A stretch of 32,000 nucleotides of DNA from Polyangiaceae bacterium (GCA_035760985.1 DASTRX010000014.1:40954-72953), one strand, 5' to 3'; positions 21,166 to 29,768 are shown, counted from the first letter of the stretch. Numbers and translations: made by a program. The notes: generated by a model from the sequence alone, not told the origin.

Positions 21166-22401
21166 TCAGTCGCCGATCGCGCGCAGCTTTTCCAGCAGCT
21201 GCCCGCGTTCGTCCTCGCCGAGCAGCGGCGCGAGCGGGTCGAGGTCGGCGAGCGACGCCGTGCGTAGTTGTTGCGCTTGTTTCGCCCGCGCGAGGGCGCT
21301 CAGGATACGTTCGCCGAGCTCGTTCAGCGCCGGGCGGATCTGGCTCTGGAGGTCGAGCTCCGTGGCTTCGCTGTTGCGCCGCTGGAGGGCCTTGGCGAGC
21401 TCGATCTGTAGCGCGAACAGGTCGCGCACCGGGGCTTCCGGTAAGCCGTTGCTGCGGGCGCTCTGCACCGTGGCGTCGAGCACGATGCGTTCGCGCGGCA
21501 GGTCTTCGATGGGCAATCCAGCCTTGGCCTTGGCGCCGGCGACCAGCGGCATGAAGGCCATGCGGCGCGCGAGCAGGTCGCTCAGGTGGTCGATCGGTCG
21601 CAGCAGCTGCGTCTCGCCGAACCAGCGCTGCTGGGCAGCCTGTACGCGCTCGGTGTGGGTCTCGAGCCAGGCTTCCACGGTCTTCGCCAGCGCCTCGCGG
21701 CCGGGCGCCACCCAGTAGACCTTGCGCGCGGCCCGCGGCTCGCACTCGGAGCCCCACCCGGGCCGCGCAAAGGCGCGCAGCTCGAAGCTGTCGGTGACGA
21801 TGGCGCGCACGCGGCCGCCGGCGAGCAGCTCGGGCAAGCTCTGGTTCTGCTCGGTGATCACCAGCTGTGCCTCGGGCCAGCGCGTGCGCGCCCAGGCCTC
21901 GAGCACTCCGCCGCGGTTGACGCCCACAGGGGTCGCGCGCGGATCTCCGAGCACGCACGGGCCTCCGCGCGCCACGGCGCGCGTCATGGTACCGACGACG
22001 CTGCGCGCGGGTTGCCAGGTCACGCCCGACATCGCCAGGTCGCACTCTGCCTGTTGCATCGAGGCTCGCAAGGTGGGCCAGCGTACGCTGACCCATTCGA
22101 TCTCGGCGCCGGAGTCCTGCGCCAGCGCGCGCGCGACGTCGATGTCGAAGCCTTGCAGCTCGCCCCCGTCGCGGGTGGTGAACGGAGCGTAGTCGCCCGT
22201 CGTGCACACGCGCCACTTCGCGCCCGCCGCCCGCGGGCTGGGTGCCGCCCGCGGGCTGGGCGCCGCCGGCTCGGTCCGGGGCGCGGGTGCAGAGCGCGTG
22301 CAGCCGAGCAGCAGCGCGGCGACCAGGCTGGCCCCGAGCCCGCGCGAGCGTCGAACCTGGTTTGCGGTGGGGCCGGGCTGGCGGTGCATGGGCGCCATCA
22401 T
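21166..22401 (-). CDS. Exported fusion protein: cyclohexadienyl/prephenate dehydratase-like (PheC, SBP family 3 fold) domain plus a periplasmic-type chorismate mutase (AroQ gamma-like) domain, 411 aa
   Basis: The signal peptide and lipobox are SLVAALLLGC. The N-domain reads WRVCTTGDYAPFTTRDGGELQGFDIDVARALAQDSGAEIEWVSVRWPTL...DLAMSGV, which matches the PheC-like TTGDYxPF pattern. The C-domain reads RRMAFMPLVAGAKAKAGLPIEDLPRERIVLDATV...LFALQIELAKALQ, which is secreted-chorismate-mutase-like. Confidence 0.7.
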   Translation of the reverse strand: MMAPMHRQPGPTANQVRRSRGLGASLVAALLLGCTRSAPAPRTEPAAPSPRAAPSPRAAGAKWRVCTTGDYAPFTTRDGGELQGFDIDVARALAQDSGAEIEWVSVRWPTLRASMQQAECDLAMSGVTWQPARSVVGTMTRAVARGGPCVLGDPRATPVGVNRGGVLEAWARTRWPEAQLVITEQNQSLPELLAGGRVRAIVTDSFELRAFARPGWGSECEPRAARKVYWVAPGREALAKTVEAWLETHTERVQAAQQRWFGETQLLRPIDHLSDLLARRMAFMPLVAGAKAKAGLPIEDLPRERIVLDATVQSARSNGLPEAPVRDLFALQIELAKALQRRNSEATELDLQSQIRPALNELGERILSALARAKQAQQLRTASLADLDPLAPLLGEDERGQLLEKLRAIGD

Positions 22402-22419
22402 CGGCGCCGACGGGGGCGC

Positions 22420-24930
22420 GTGAAATCAAATACTGCAGCCCGGGGCAGGCTCGCAGATCCCACTTGCGGTCCAGGCCCGGCGTGCTGCTATTGGCACCTG
22501 ACGACGGCCTCGACATCGGAACGACAAGCAGAGTGGCTCTGGGGCTGGGATCCCACGCCCGGCATCGTCTCGGTGTGGGCCGATCCGAGCGGACAGGCCA
22601 GCGTTTGGCGGCGCTGCGGGCCCGAGCTCGCACTGGTGCGCGAGCAAGCGCGCTATCGCCCCTGGTTGCTGCTCGCCTCGCTCGATGACCTGCGACACCT
22701 GGGCGCGGATCTGCAGCCCGAGGGCTCGGGCGCGCGGGTCACTTACCGCGAGCTGGAGGGCAGCGGCGAGCTGCGTTTTCTGGTCAGCGCCGAGAGCTCG
22801 CGCGCGCTGACCTCGGCGGTGTTGACGGGAGCCTCGCGGCGCAGCTCGCGCGCGCTGCGCAGCCTGCGGGATCTCCCGGACGAGGAGCTGCTGTCGCTCG
22901 CGCCGGAGGAGCAGTATCTGATCGCTTCGGGGCGCACCTATTTCCGCGAGCTCGGCTACGACGATCTCCGGCGGCTCTCGTTCGATCTGGAGACCACGGG
23001 GCTCGAGCCGGAGCGGGACCGAATTTTCCTGGTGGCGCTGCGCGACCCCGACGGCGAGACGACGCTGCTGGAGGCGCCGTCGGCGCGCGACGAAGCCGAG
23101 CTGATCCGGCAGCTGGGGCGCGCGATCGAGCTGGCGGACCCCGACGTGATCGAGAACCACAACCTGCACGGCTTCGATCTGCCGTTCCTGGCGCGGCGCG
23201 CGCGCCGGCTGGGGGTCACGTTGACGCTGGGTCGCGCCCCGGGTCTGTTCACGCGGCCCGCCGCGCGCGGCACGGCGGCGGAAGAGCTCGACGGCGACGG
23301 CTCCGGGCGGCCCCGGCGCACGCGCTTCACCGTGATCGGGCGCGAGCTGCTCGACAGCATGGACGCGGTGCTGCGCTACGACTTCGCCGCGCGCAGCCTG
23401 CCCGGGCACGGGCTCAAGGCGGTGGCTCGCCACTTCGGGCTGGCCAGCGCGGAGCGCGAGCAGATCGTGGGGGCTCGCGTGTACGACGTGTATCGCACGG
23501 ATCCGGAGCGCGTGCGGCGCTATGCGACGGCGGACGTGCACGAGGCGTCGGCGCTGGGGCGCGTGCTGGGCGGCGCCGCGTTCGCGCTCGCGCGCATGGC
23601 GCCGCGCCGTTACGAGCGGCTCGCCGACGCGGGCCCCGCCACGGGCGTGCTCGATCCGATGCTGGTGCGCGCCTACGTGCGCAGCGGCGCCGCGCTGCCG
23701 GCCGCCGCGAACGGAGACGGCACGCCACATCAAGGCGCCGCGCTCTATCTGTTCGCGACGGGTGTCGCGCACCGGATCGTGAAGGCGGACGTGGCCAGCC
23801 TGTATCCTTCGCTGATGCGGGCCTATCGCATCGGCCCCGAGCGCGATCGGCTGGGCGCGCTGCTGGCGCTGGTCGAGCAGCTGCTCGGGCTGCGGCTGGA
23901 GGCCAAGGCGCGCGCCCGCGCAGCCCCACAGGGCTCGTCCGAGCACTACCTGGACGAGGCGCTGTCGGCCGCGATGAAGATCGTGATCAACTCGGCGTAC
24001 GGCTATCTGGGCGCGGTGGGGCTGACGCGCTTCGCCGACGTGCACGCCGCCAACGAGGTCACCCGGCGCGGGCGCGAGGTGCTCGATCTGCTGTGCAGCG
24101 CGCTCGCGGCGCGCGGCGTGACGCTGCTCGAGGCGGACACCGATGGCGTGTACTTCGCGGTGCCCGAGAGCTGGGATGAGGCCGCGGAGCGGCGCGCCGT
24201 GGCCGAGGTCGCCCAGCTGCTGCCGGCGGGGGTGCAGCTGGAGTTCGACGGGCGCTACGCGGCCATGCTCTCGCACGAGCCCAAGAACTACGCGCTCGCC
24301 AGCTATCAGGGCGGGCTGCTGCTGCGGGGCGTGGCGTTTCGCTCGCGCCGGGCGGAGCCGTTCGGCGAGGCGTTCCTGCGCCGGGCCATCGAGCGGCTGC
24401 TCGCGGGTGACGTGACGGGCGTGCGCGAGGCTTACGTGGAGTGCGCCGGCGCGCTGCGCGCGCGCGCCTTGCCCTGCTTCGAGGTGAGCGCCGAGGTGCG
24501 GCTGACCAAGACCCCCGAGCAATATGCCGCGACGCGCGAGCAGCGCCGCGAGCTCGCCTACGAGGCGCTGCTCGGCAGCGGGCGGCAGAGCTGGAGCAGC
24601 GGCGAGCGGGTGCGGGTGTACCGCGCACTCGGCGGGCGCGCCGCCCTGTTGAGGCTGGATGGCGAGGACGCGGACGAGCCGGGCTCGGCGACGGTGGCGC
24701 GCGCCGCGGACCCGCGCGACTACGACGCCGAGTACTACGTGCGCCTGCTGCGCGACACCTTCGCCGCCCGCCTCGCGCGCGCGCTCGAGCCCGAGGTGTT
24801 CGCCGAGGTGTTCGCGGATCCGCGCCAGCTTGGCCTGTTCACCCGCTCGCTCGCTCAGGCGCAGCCGATCCTGACGCGCCTGCGCGACGCGCAGCCGATC
24901 AGCTCCCCACCGGCGGCGGACCGCCCGTGA
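22420..24930 (+). CDS. Family B DNA polymerase (Pol II-like) with an intact 3'-5' exonuclease domain; start codon uncertain
   Basis: Motifs seen: Exo I (FDLETTG), Exo II (NHNLHGFDLPFL), Exo III (YATAD), Pol A (DVASLYPSLM), Pol B (KIVINSAYGYLG) and Pol C (EADTDGVYF). The ORF is open from 21586, but that part is antisense to the neighbouring gene. In-frame start options are GTG 22420, non-canonical CTG 22498 and GTG 22573. Confidence 0.85.
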   Translation: MKSNTAARGRLADPTCGPGPACCYWHLTTASTSERQAEWLWGWDPTPGIVSVWADPSGQASVWRRCGPELALVREQARYRPWLLLASLDDLRHLGADLQPEGSGARVTYRELEGSGELRFLVSAESSRALTSAVLTGASRRSSRALRSLRDLPDEELLSLAPEEQYLIASGRTYFRELGYDDLRRLSFDLETTGLEPERDRIFLVALRDPDGETTLLEAPSARDEAELIRQLGRAIELADPDVIENHNLHGFDLPFLARRARRLGVTLTLGRAPGLFTRPAARGTAAEELDGDGSGRPRRTRFTVIGRELLDSMDAVLRYDFAARSLPGHGLKAVARHFGLASAEREQIVGARVYDVYRTDPERVRRYATADVHEASALGRVLGGAAFALARMAPRRYERLADAGPATGVLDPMLVRAYVRSGAALPAAANGDGTPHQGAALYLFATGVAHRIVKADVASLYPSLMRAYRIGPERDRLGALLALVEQLLGLRLEAKARARAAPQGSSEHYLDEALSAAMKIVINSAYGYLGAVGLTRFADVHAANEVTRRGREVLDLLCSALAARGVTLLEADTDGVYFAVPESWDEAAERRAVAEVAQLLPAGVQLEFDGRYAAMLSHEPKNYALASYQGGLLLRGVAFRSRRAEPFGEAFLRRAIERLLAGDVTGVREAYVECAGALRARALPCFEVSAEVRLTKTPEQYAATREQRRELAYEALLGSGRQSWSSGERVRVYRALGGRAALLRLDGEDADEPGSATVARAADPRDYDAEYYVRLLRDTFAARLARALEPEVFAEVFADPRQLGLFTRSLAQAQPILTRLRDAQPISSPPAADRP

Positions 24931-25067
24931 GCGCGGCGAAGTACACGTTGACGTTCGGCGTCTGATTCAGCGCGTTGGTGAAGCTGACGCTGAGCGCCTG
25001 GCCCGTGCCGAGCGGCAGCGTGAACGCAGGCGCGGTACCGCTCACGGTCGCCGTGCCCTGACGGGCC

Positions 25068-26267
25068 TCAGCGATGCAGCTCCTCGAGCGCCTCCGCGAT
25101 CGAGTTGATCTCATCCTGCAGCTGCTGCACCGACTGCGCGATCTCCAGCGTGCTGCCCTGCGAGATCTCGGCGCCCGCGGTGCGCACCCGCAGCAGCTCG
25201 GTGCCCATGCCGTCCATGGTCCAGATCAGCCGCGTCAGCTCCGCCTCGAGCCGATCGGCGTTGTTCTGCAACAGCCGGCGCTGCTCGTGCTGGGCGGCGA
25301 TCGCCGCCACCGCCCCGGACAGGCTGCGGCGCACTTGCTCGTCCGTGGCCTGCGCGAGCCGCGCCTCCAGCGACGCCTGCTCTTGCTCCAGCCGCTGCAG
25401 CGCCGCGGGCGAGGCCTCCGCGCGCAGCGCGCGCTCGCGCGCCAGCAGATCGAGGCAGGTCCGGCGCAAGCTGGAGAGCGTGGTGCGCGCGTCACCGAAC
25501 ATGCCGCGCACCAGCTCCGGCGCCCGCGCGTACTCCTCCTCCAGGCGGTCGCAGGCCTTGCGGATGTGCTCCGCGCGCGGATCCGCGGCCAGCTCGGCGT
25601 CCTCGCGCAGCTGCGGCGCCGCGTGCCGGGCGCCGCTCAGCGCCGCCGTCCAGCTGGTGCCCGGGGCCATGCTGGTGTGCGGCGGCACGCGCGCGCCCGC
25701 CGCGACGTCCGAGCCTGCCGCGACCACCGCGCCGGCGCCGACGACCGCCCCTTCGCCGACGGAGGCTCCCCAGGACACCGTCGCCCCCGCCTCCAGCACC
25801 GCACGCCGACCGACGCTCGCGCCCATGCGCACGACCGCGCCGCGCTCGATCACCGCACCGGCGCTGACGGTCGCGCCCATCTCGACCACGCTGCCGTCGT
25901 GCAGCACCGCGTCCGCGGCGACCGTCGCGCCCATGCCGACCCGGGGCCCACCGGGGCTGCTGCTGGCCGCGAGCAGCTTGGGGCGGGAGCGCCCGAGCAG
26001 CAGCGCCAGCAGGCCGAAGATCGTGAATGCGGCAGGGATCAGGAACGCGCGGCCCTCGGTCGCGGCCATTCCGAGCAAGACCATCGCCAGCACCGCGAGC
26101 GCCCAGATGCCCATCACTCGTGCCCCGCCGCCGCCCGACGGGGCCCGCTGCAGCGCCTCCGACGTGGAGCGCGACGCCAGCGCTTCCGACGTGCGGCTGC
26201 GGGCCAGCGCTTCCTCCAGGCGACCGAGGCTGTGGTCGAGCGGTCGCTGCTTCGGGTCCTCGGGCAT
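25068..26267 (-). CDS. Hypothetical membrane protein with two TM helices, a hexapeptide/bactofilin-like beta-helix repeat region and a long C-terminal coiled-coil (399 aa)
   Basis: I chose the internal ATG at 26267 (MPEDPKQRPL). The TM helices are MGIWALAVLAMVLLGMAA and FLIPAAFTIFGLLALLLG. The repeat region reads GATVAADAVLHDGSVVEMGATVSAGAVIERGAVVRMGASVGRRAVLEAGATVSWGASVGEGAVVGAGAVVAAGSDV. The C-terminal part is heptad-like and rich in Leu/Glu/Arg/Gln. Confidence 0.6.
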   Translation of the reverse strand: MPEDPKQRPLDHSLGRLEEALARSRTSEALASRSTSEALQRAPSGGGGARVMGIWALAVLAMVLLGMAATEGRAFLIPAAFTIFGLLALLLGRSRPKLLAASSSPGGPRVGMGATVAADAVLHDGSVVEMGATVSAGAVIERGAVVRMGASVGRRAVLEAGATVSWGASVGEGAVVGAGAVVAAGSDVAAGARVPPHTSMAPGTSWTAALSGARHAAPQLREDAELAADPRAEHIRKACDRLEEEYARAPELVRGMFGDARTTLSSLRRTCLDLLARERALRAEASPAALQRLEQEQASLEARLAQATDEQVRRSLSGAVAAIAAQHEQRRLLQNNADRLEAELTRLIWTMDGMGTELLRVRTAGAEISQGSTLEIAQSVQQLQDEINSIAEALEELHR

Positions 26268-26631
26268 GGGGCTCTTATGCCCCGATCTACTGCCCCTGCA
26301 AAGGGGCTCACAGTTGCCGAGGAAGTGGGATTCTCCGCTCAGCCGGGCGGCTCCGCCGCTGCTTTTCCCGCTGCCCGTGCTCAGCGCGGCAACACTGGCG
26401 AGGAGCGCGGCAACGCTGAGAGTGGCAAGGCCTCGCTTCAGTCTGGCTCGGTGAGCGCATGGGGCAAAGCATGGCTCCTCCGGGCGGTCCGCGGCAGTGA
26501 CCCGATGGTCATCGCCCAGACGCGCCGTGGATTGGCGCGCCGGGCGCAGCCGCTGGCGCCCGGCGAGCAGTGGGCCCTCCTGGCGCCGCACGCGGGCGGA
26601 CGGCGCCGAGCCCCTTCTCTCGCGCTCCGGT

Positions 26632-27987
26632 TCAGGACGGCGAACGATACGAGACGCGGTACACCGCGCCGCGATAGTCGTCACTGATCAGCAGCGAGCC
26701 GTCGTCGAGCACTTCCACGTCCGTGGGTCTGCCCGACACCTGATCGGTCTGCGTGTTCAGCCAACCGCTGACCAGCGGCTCGTAGGAGACGACTTTGTTG
26801 CCGTCGAGCTGCGCCACCATCACGCGATAGCCGTCCTTGCGCGCGCGGTTCCAGGAGCCATGCTCCGCCACCAGGATCGCGTTGCGATACTTCTCGGGGA
26901 ACATCTTGCCCGTGTAGAAGCGCATGCCGAGCGCCGCGACGTGCGGCCCGAGCACGCGCGCCGGCGGCTCGTAGTTGGCGCACGACTTGCCCTTGCCGAA
27001 GGCGGGATCGAGCAGGTTCCCCTGGTGGCAATAGGGGAAGCCGAAGTGCTGCCCGGGCTTGGAGGCGCGGTTCAGCTCGTCGCCGGGCTGGTCGTCACCG
27101 AGCTCGTCCCGGCCGTTGTCGGTGAACCAGAGCTCCTTGGTCTCCGGGTGAAAGTCGAAGCCCACGGAGTTGCGCACGCCGCTCGCGAACACCTCGAGCC
27201 CGGTGCCGTCCGGCTTCATGCGCGTGATGCTGGCGAAGCGCGGATCGTCGCGCTCGCACAGGTTGCACGGCGCGCCGATCGGCATGTACAGCCAGCCGTC
27301 GGGGCCGAACTTGATGTAGCGCCAGCCGTGCCAGCCTTCCTTCGGGAACTGCTCGGTGATGACCTTCGGCTTGGGCGGGTCGTCGAGCTTGCCGTCGATG
27401 CCGTCGATGCGCAGCAAGCGGCCGACCTCGGCGATGTACAGCGTGCCGTCGCGGTAAGTGATGCCGTTGGGCGTGTCGAGGCCCTTGGCCACGGTCTTCA
27501 CCGCGTCGAGCTTGTGGTCGCCGTTCTTGTCGACCAGCGCGTAGACGTTGTGCTCGGTGCGGTTGCTGACGAACACGACGCCCTTCGGCCCGAGCGCGAG
27601 CGAGCGCGCGTTCGGCACGTCGGCGGAGTACACCTCGATCGCAAAGCCCGGCGGGAGCTGCAGCTGCGCGAGATTCAAGGGGCCCTTGGGCGCCTTCTCG
27701 GGCGGGCCGTTGCGCGCGCTCGTCCCGGGCACGGGCACGATGCCCTCGGGCGCTTCGGTGGCGCCGGCGCCAGGGCTACCGGTAGCGCTGGCGTTCGCGG
27801 CGGCCCCGTTCGCGGCTCCGGCAGCTGTTTCGGCGGCCGCCGGTGGATTGGCGCCGGCGCCGCCGGAGGGCGGCGCCTCGAGCTGAGCAGCCTGATCCTT
27901 CTTCGTGCAACTCGCTGCACAGGCCAGAGCCACGAGGGCTCCGAGCAGGTGTCGTGCAATGCCACAGGGCTGTAGAGCTCGCATCAT
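26632..27987 (-). CDS. PQQ-dependent sugar (sorbosone/glucose) dehydrogenase family protein, secreted and probably a lipoprotein (451 aa)
   Basis: There is a signal peptide with Cys residues (LVALACAASC). Beta-propeller family motifs seen by eye: WFTDNGRDELGDDQPGDELN, HFGFPYCH, and RPTDVEVLDDGSLLISDD. Confidence 0.8.
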   Translation of the reverse strand: MMRALQPCGIARHLLGALVALACAASCTKKDQAAQLEAPPSGGAGANPPAAAETAAGAANGAAANASATGSPGAGATEAPEGIVPVPGTSARNGPPEKAPKGPLNLAQLQLPPGFAIEVYSADVPNARSLALGPKGVVFVSNRTEHNVYALVDKNGDHKLDAVKTVAKGLDTPNGITYRDGTLYIAEVGRLLRIDGIDGKLDDPPKPKVITEQFPKEGWHGWRYIKFGPDGWLYMPIGAPCNLCERDDPRFASITRMKPDGTGLEVFASGVRNSVGFDFHPETKELWFTDNGRDELGDDQPGDELNRASKPGQHFGFPYCHQGNLLDPAFGKGKSCANYEPPARVLGPHVAALGMRFYTGKMFPEKYRNAILVAEHGSWNRARKDGYRVMVAQLDGNKVVSYEPLVSGWLNTQTDQVSGRPTDVEVLDDGSLLISDDYRGAVYRVSYRSPS

Positions 27988-28048
27988 GGCGCGCAGTCTG
28001 CCCGCACAGCTCCGGCGTTGCCCAGTGAAAAGCGATCACGAGCCAAGA

Positions 28049-28774
28049 TCACGAGAAGCGCTGCAGCCACTCCTGCTCCGTCTTCGGCTTGAAGACGAAG
28101 TTGTCGCGGCGCGTGTCGCCCATGCTGGCTGACGGCTGCTTTGAATACAGGTGCCCCGGGAACAGCAGCGCGTCGTCCGGCACCTTGGCCAGGCGCTGGT
28201 TCAGGCTGAAGTACAGATCGCGCGGATTGCCCCCCGGCAGGTCCGTGCGCCCGCAACCGTTCAGGAACAGCGTGTCCCCGGCGACCAGGCGATTTTGGAC
28301 CAGAAAGCACTGGCTGCCGGGGGTGTGCCCGGGCGTGTGGATCAGCTGCACGGAGATGCTGCCCACCGACACGACGTCCCCGCTGTCATGCTGCGCGAGG
28401 TCAGAGCCCGACAGCCCGGTGACGCGCTGGACCCACGGCGCCTCCTCGCGCTGCACGTGGATCTTCATGCCCTGCAGCGCGATCAGCTCGCGCACGCCCT
28501 GGATCGACAGCCCCATCATGTCCCCGCCGACGTGATCGGGGTGATAGTGCGTCGCCAGCGCGCCCACGAGCCGCATGCCGTCCTTGCCGGCGATCTCGAC
28601 CAGCTCCGCGACGGCGTACGCCGGATCCACCACCAGCGCCTCGCCGCTCTCGCGATCGCCGATCAGATACACGAAGTTGACCATCTGCCGGGCCACCGGG
28701 TCCTGCGTGGCGAAGTCTCGCCCGGCCAGCAGCTGGCGGAAATAGAAACGGTCGGGGGCGGAGGGCGTGGTCAC
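28049..28774 (-). CDS. MBL-fold metallo-hydrolase (glyoxalase II / persulfide dioxygenase-like), 241 aa
   Basis: The metal-binding motif is THYHPDHVGG. Downstream are HTPGHTPG and GDTLF..GCGRTD. Confidence 0.85.
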   Translation of the reverse strand: MTTPSAPDRFYFRQLLAGRDFATQDPVARQMVNFVYLIGDRESGEALVVDPAYAVAELVEIAGKDGMRLVGALATHYHPDHVGGDMMGLSIQGVRELIALQGMKIHVQREEAPWVQRVTGLSGSDLAQHDSGDVVSVGSISVQLIHTPGHTPGSQCFLVQNRLVAGDTLFLNGCGRTDLPGGNPRDLYFSLNQRLAKVPDDALLFPGHLYSKQPSASMGDTRRDNFVFKPKTEQEWLQRFS

Positions 28775-28814
28775 GGGCTCACTCTACTCCGGAACTGCCG
28801 CCGCGGCAGCCGAA

Positions 28815-29768
28815 TCAATGCGAGGTGGCTTGCGCCCCGCCGCGCAGGCGCTTGACCAAGAGCACCGCCGCCAGCACGATCGAGCCCGCCACGACGCCGA
28901 CCAGCACCTGGCTCAGCAGCGGCAAGAGCGCGCCGATCAGGCCCCCGATCACGGGCAGCTCCTGCGCCGACTCGCTCCAGTGATGCACGAGCGTGTGTGC
29001 CCCCGGTACGCCGTGGAACAGGATGCCGCCACCGACCAGAAACATGGCGATCGTCCCGGCCACCGAGAGGCCCTTCATCAGCAGCGGAGCGCTGCGCAGC
29101 AGCCCCAGGCCGAGCCCGCGCTTCAGCCCTGCGGCGGCCCCGCCCGCCTTGGCGCTGCGCGACAACCAGGCGCCGGCATCATCCAGCTTCACGATGCCCG
29201 CCACCAGACCATAGACGCCGAACGTCATCAGCACCGAGATGCCGGCCAGCACCCAGACGCGCGTGAAAAACTCCGCAGCGGCGACCGTGCCCAGCGCGAT
29301 CGTCACGATCTCCGCGGACAGCACGAAATCGGTGCGGATCGCGCCCTTGATCTTCTCCTTCTCGAGCGCGACCGGGTCCACGGCTGCCGGCAGGCTGGCG
29401 TGCTCCGCCGGCTTCTCCTCCGCGCCCTTGCCGTGCAAGAGCTTGTGCGCGAGCTTCTCGCAGCCCTCAAAGCACAGATAGCCGCCACCCACCATCAACA
29501 GCGGCGTCACCAGCCAGGGCGCGATGGCGCTGATCGCGAGCGCGCCGGGCACGAGGATCGCCTTGTTCACGAGCGAGCCCTTGCCCACCGCCCACACCAC
29601 CGGCAACTCGCGCGCAGCCTGCACCCCCGCGACTTGCTCGGCGTTCAGCGCCAGGTCATCCCCCAGCACGCCGGCGGTCTTCTTGGTGGCCACCTTGGTC
29701 AGGAGGGCCACATCGTCCAGCACGGAGGCGATGTCGTCGAGCAGGGCAATCAGGCCGGCGGCGGGCAT
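28815..29768 (-). CDS. DUF808 family inner-membrane protein (YedI-like), 317 aa
   Basis: The N-terminus LIALLDDIASVLDDVALLTKVATKKTAGVLGDDLALNAEQVAGV matches the characteristic DUF808 start. Several TM helices follow. Confidence 0.8.
   Translation of the reverse strand: MPAAGLIALLDDIASVLDDVALLTKVATKKTAGVLGDDLALNAEQVAGVQAARELPVVWAVGKGSLVNKAILVPGALAISAIAPWLVTPLLMVGGGYLCFEGCEKLAHKLLHGKGAEEKPAEHASLPAAVDPVALEKEKIKGAIRTDFVLSAEIVTIALGTVAAAEFFTRVWVLAGISVLMTFGVYGLVAGIVKLDDAGAWLSRSAKAGGAAAGLKRGLGLGLLRSAPLLMKGLSVAGTIAMFLVGGGILFHGVPGAHTLVHHWSESAQELPVIGGLIGALLPLLSQVLVGVVAGSIVLAAVLLVKRLRGGAQATSH

Noticed and set aside
21586-22419. 5' extension of the polymerase ORF (the track gives 21586..24930, 1114 aa)
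   Set aside because: The extension runs antisense through the PheC/AroQ fusion gene and is Arg/Gly/Ala-rich. Polymerase-like sequence begins only around 22530.
22426-24522. 698-aa ORF on the minus strand
   Set aside because: It is antisense to the family-B DNA polymerase gene, whose exonuclease and polymerase motifs are all present. The translation is low-complexity and Arg/Ala/Gln-rich.
25074-27975. Long plus-strand ORFs 25074..26687 and 26497..27975
   Set aside because: They are antisense to the beta-helix/coiled-coil gene and the PQQ-dehydrogenase gene. They show no motifs and have biased Arg/Ala composition.
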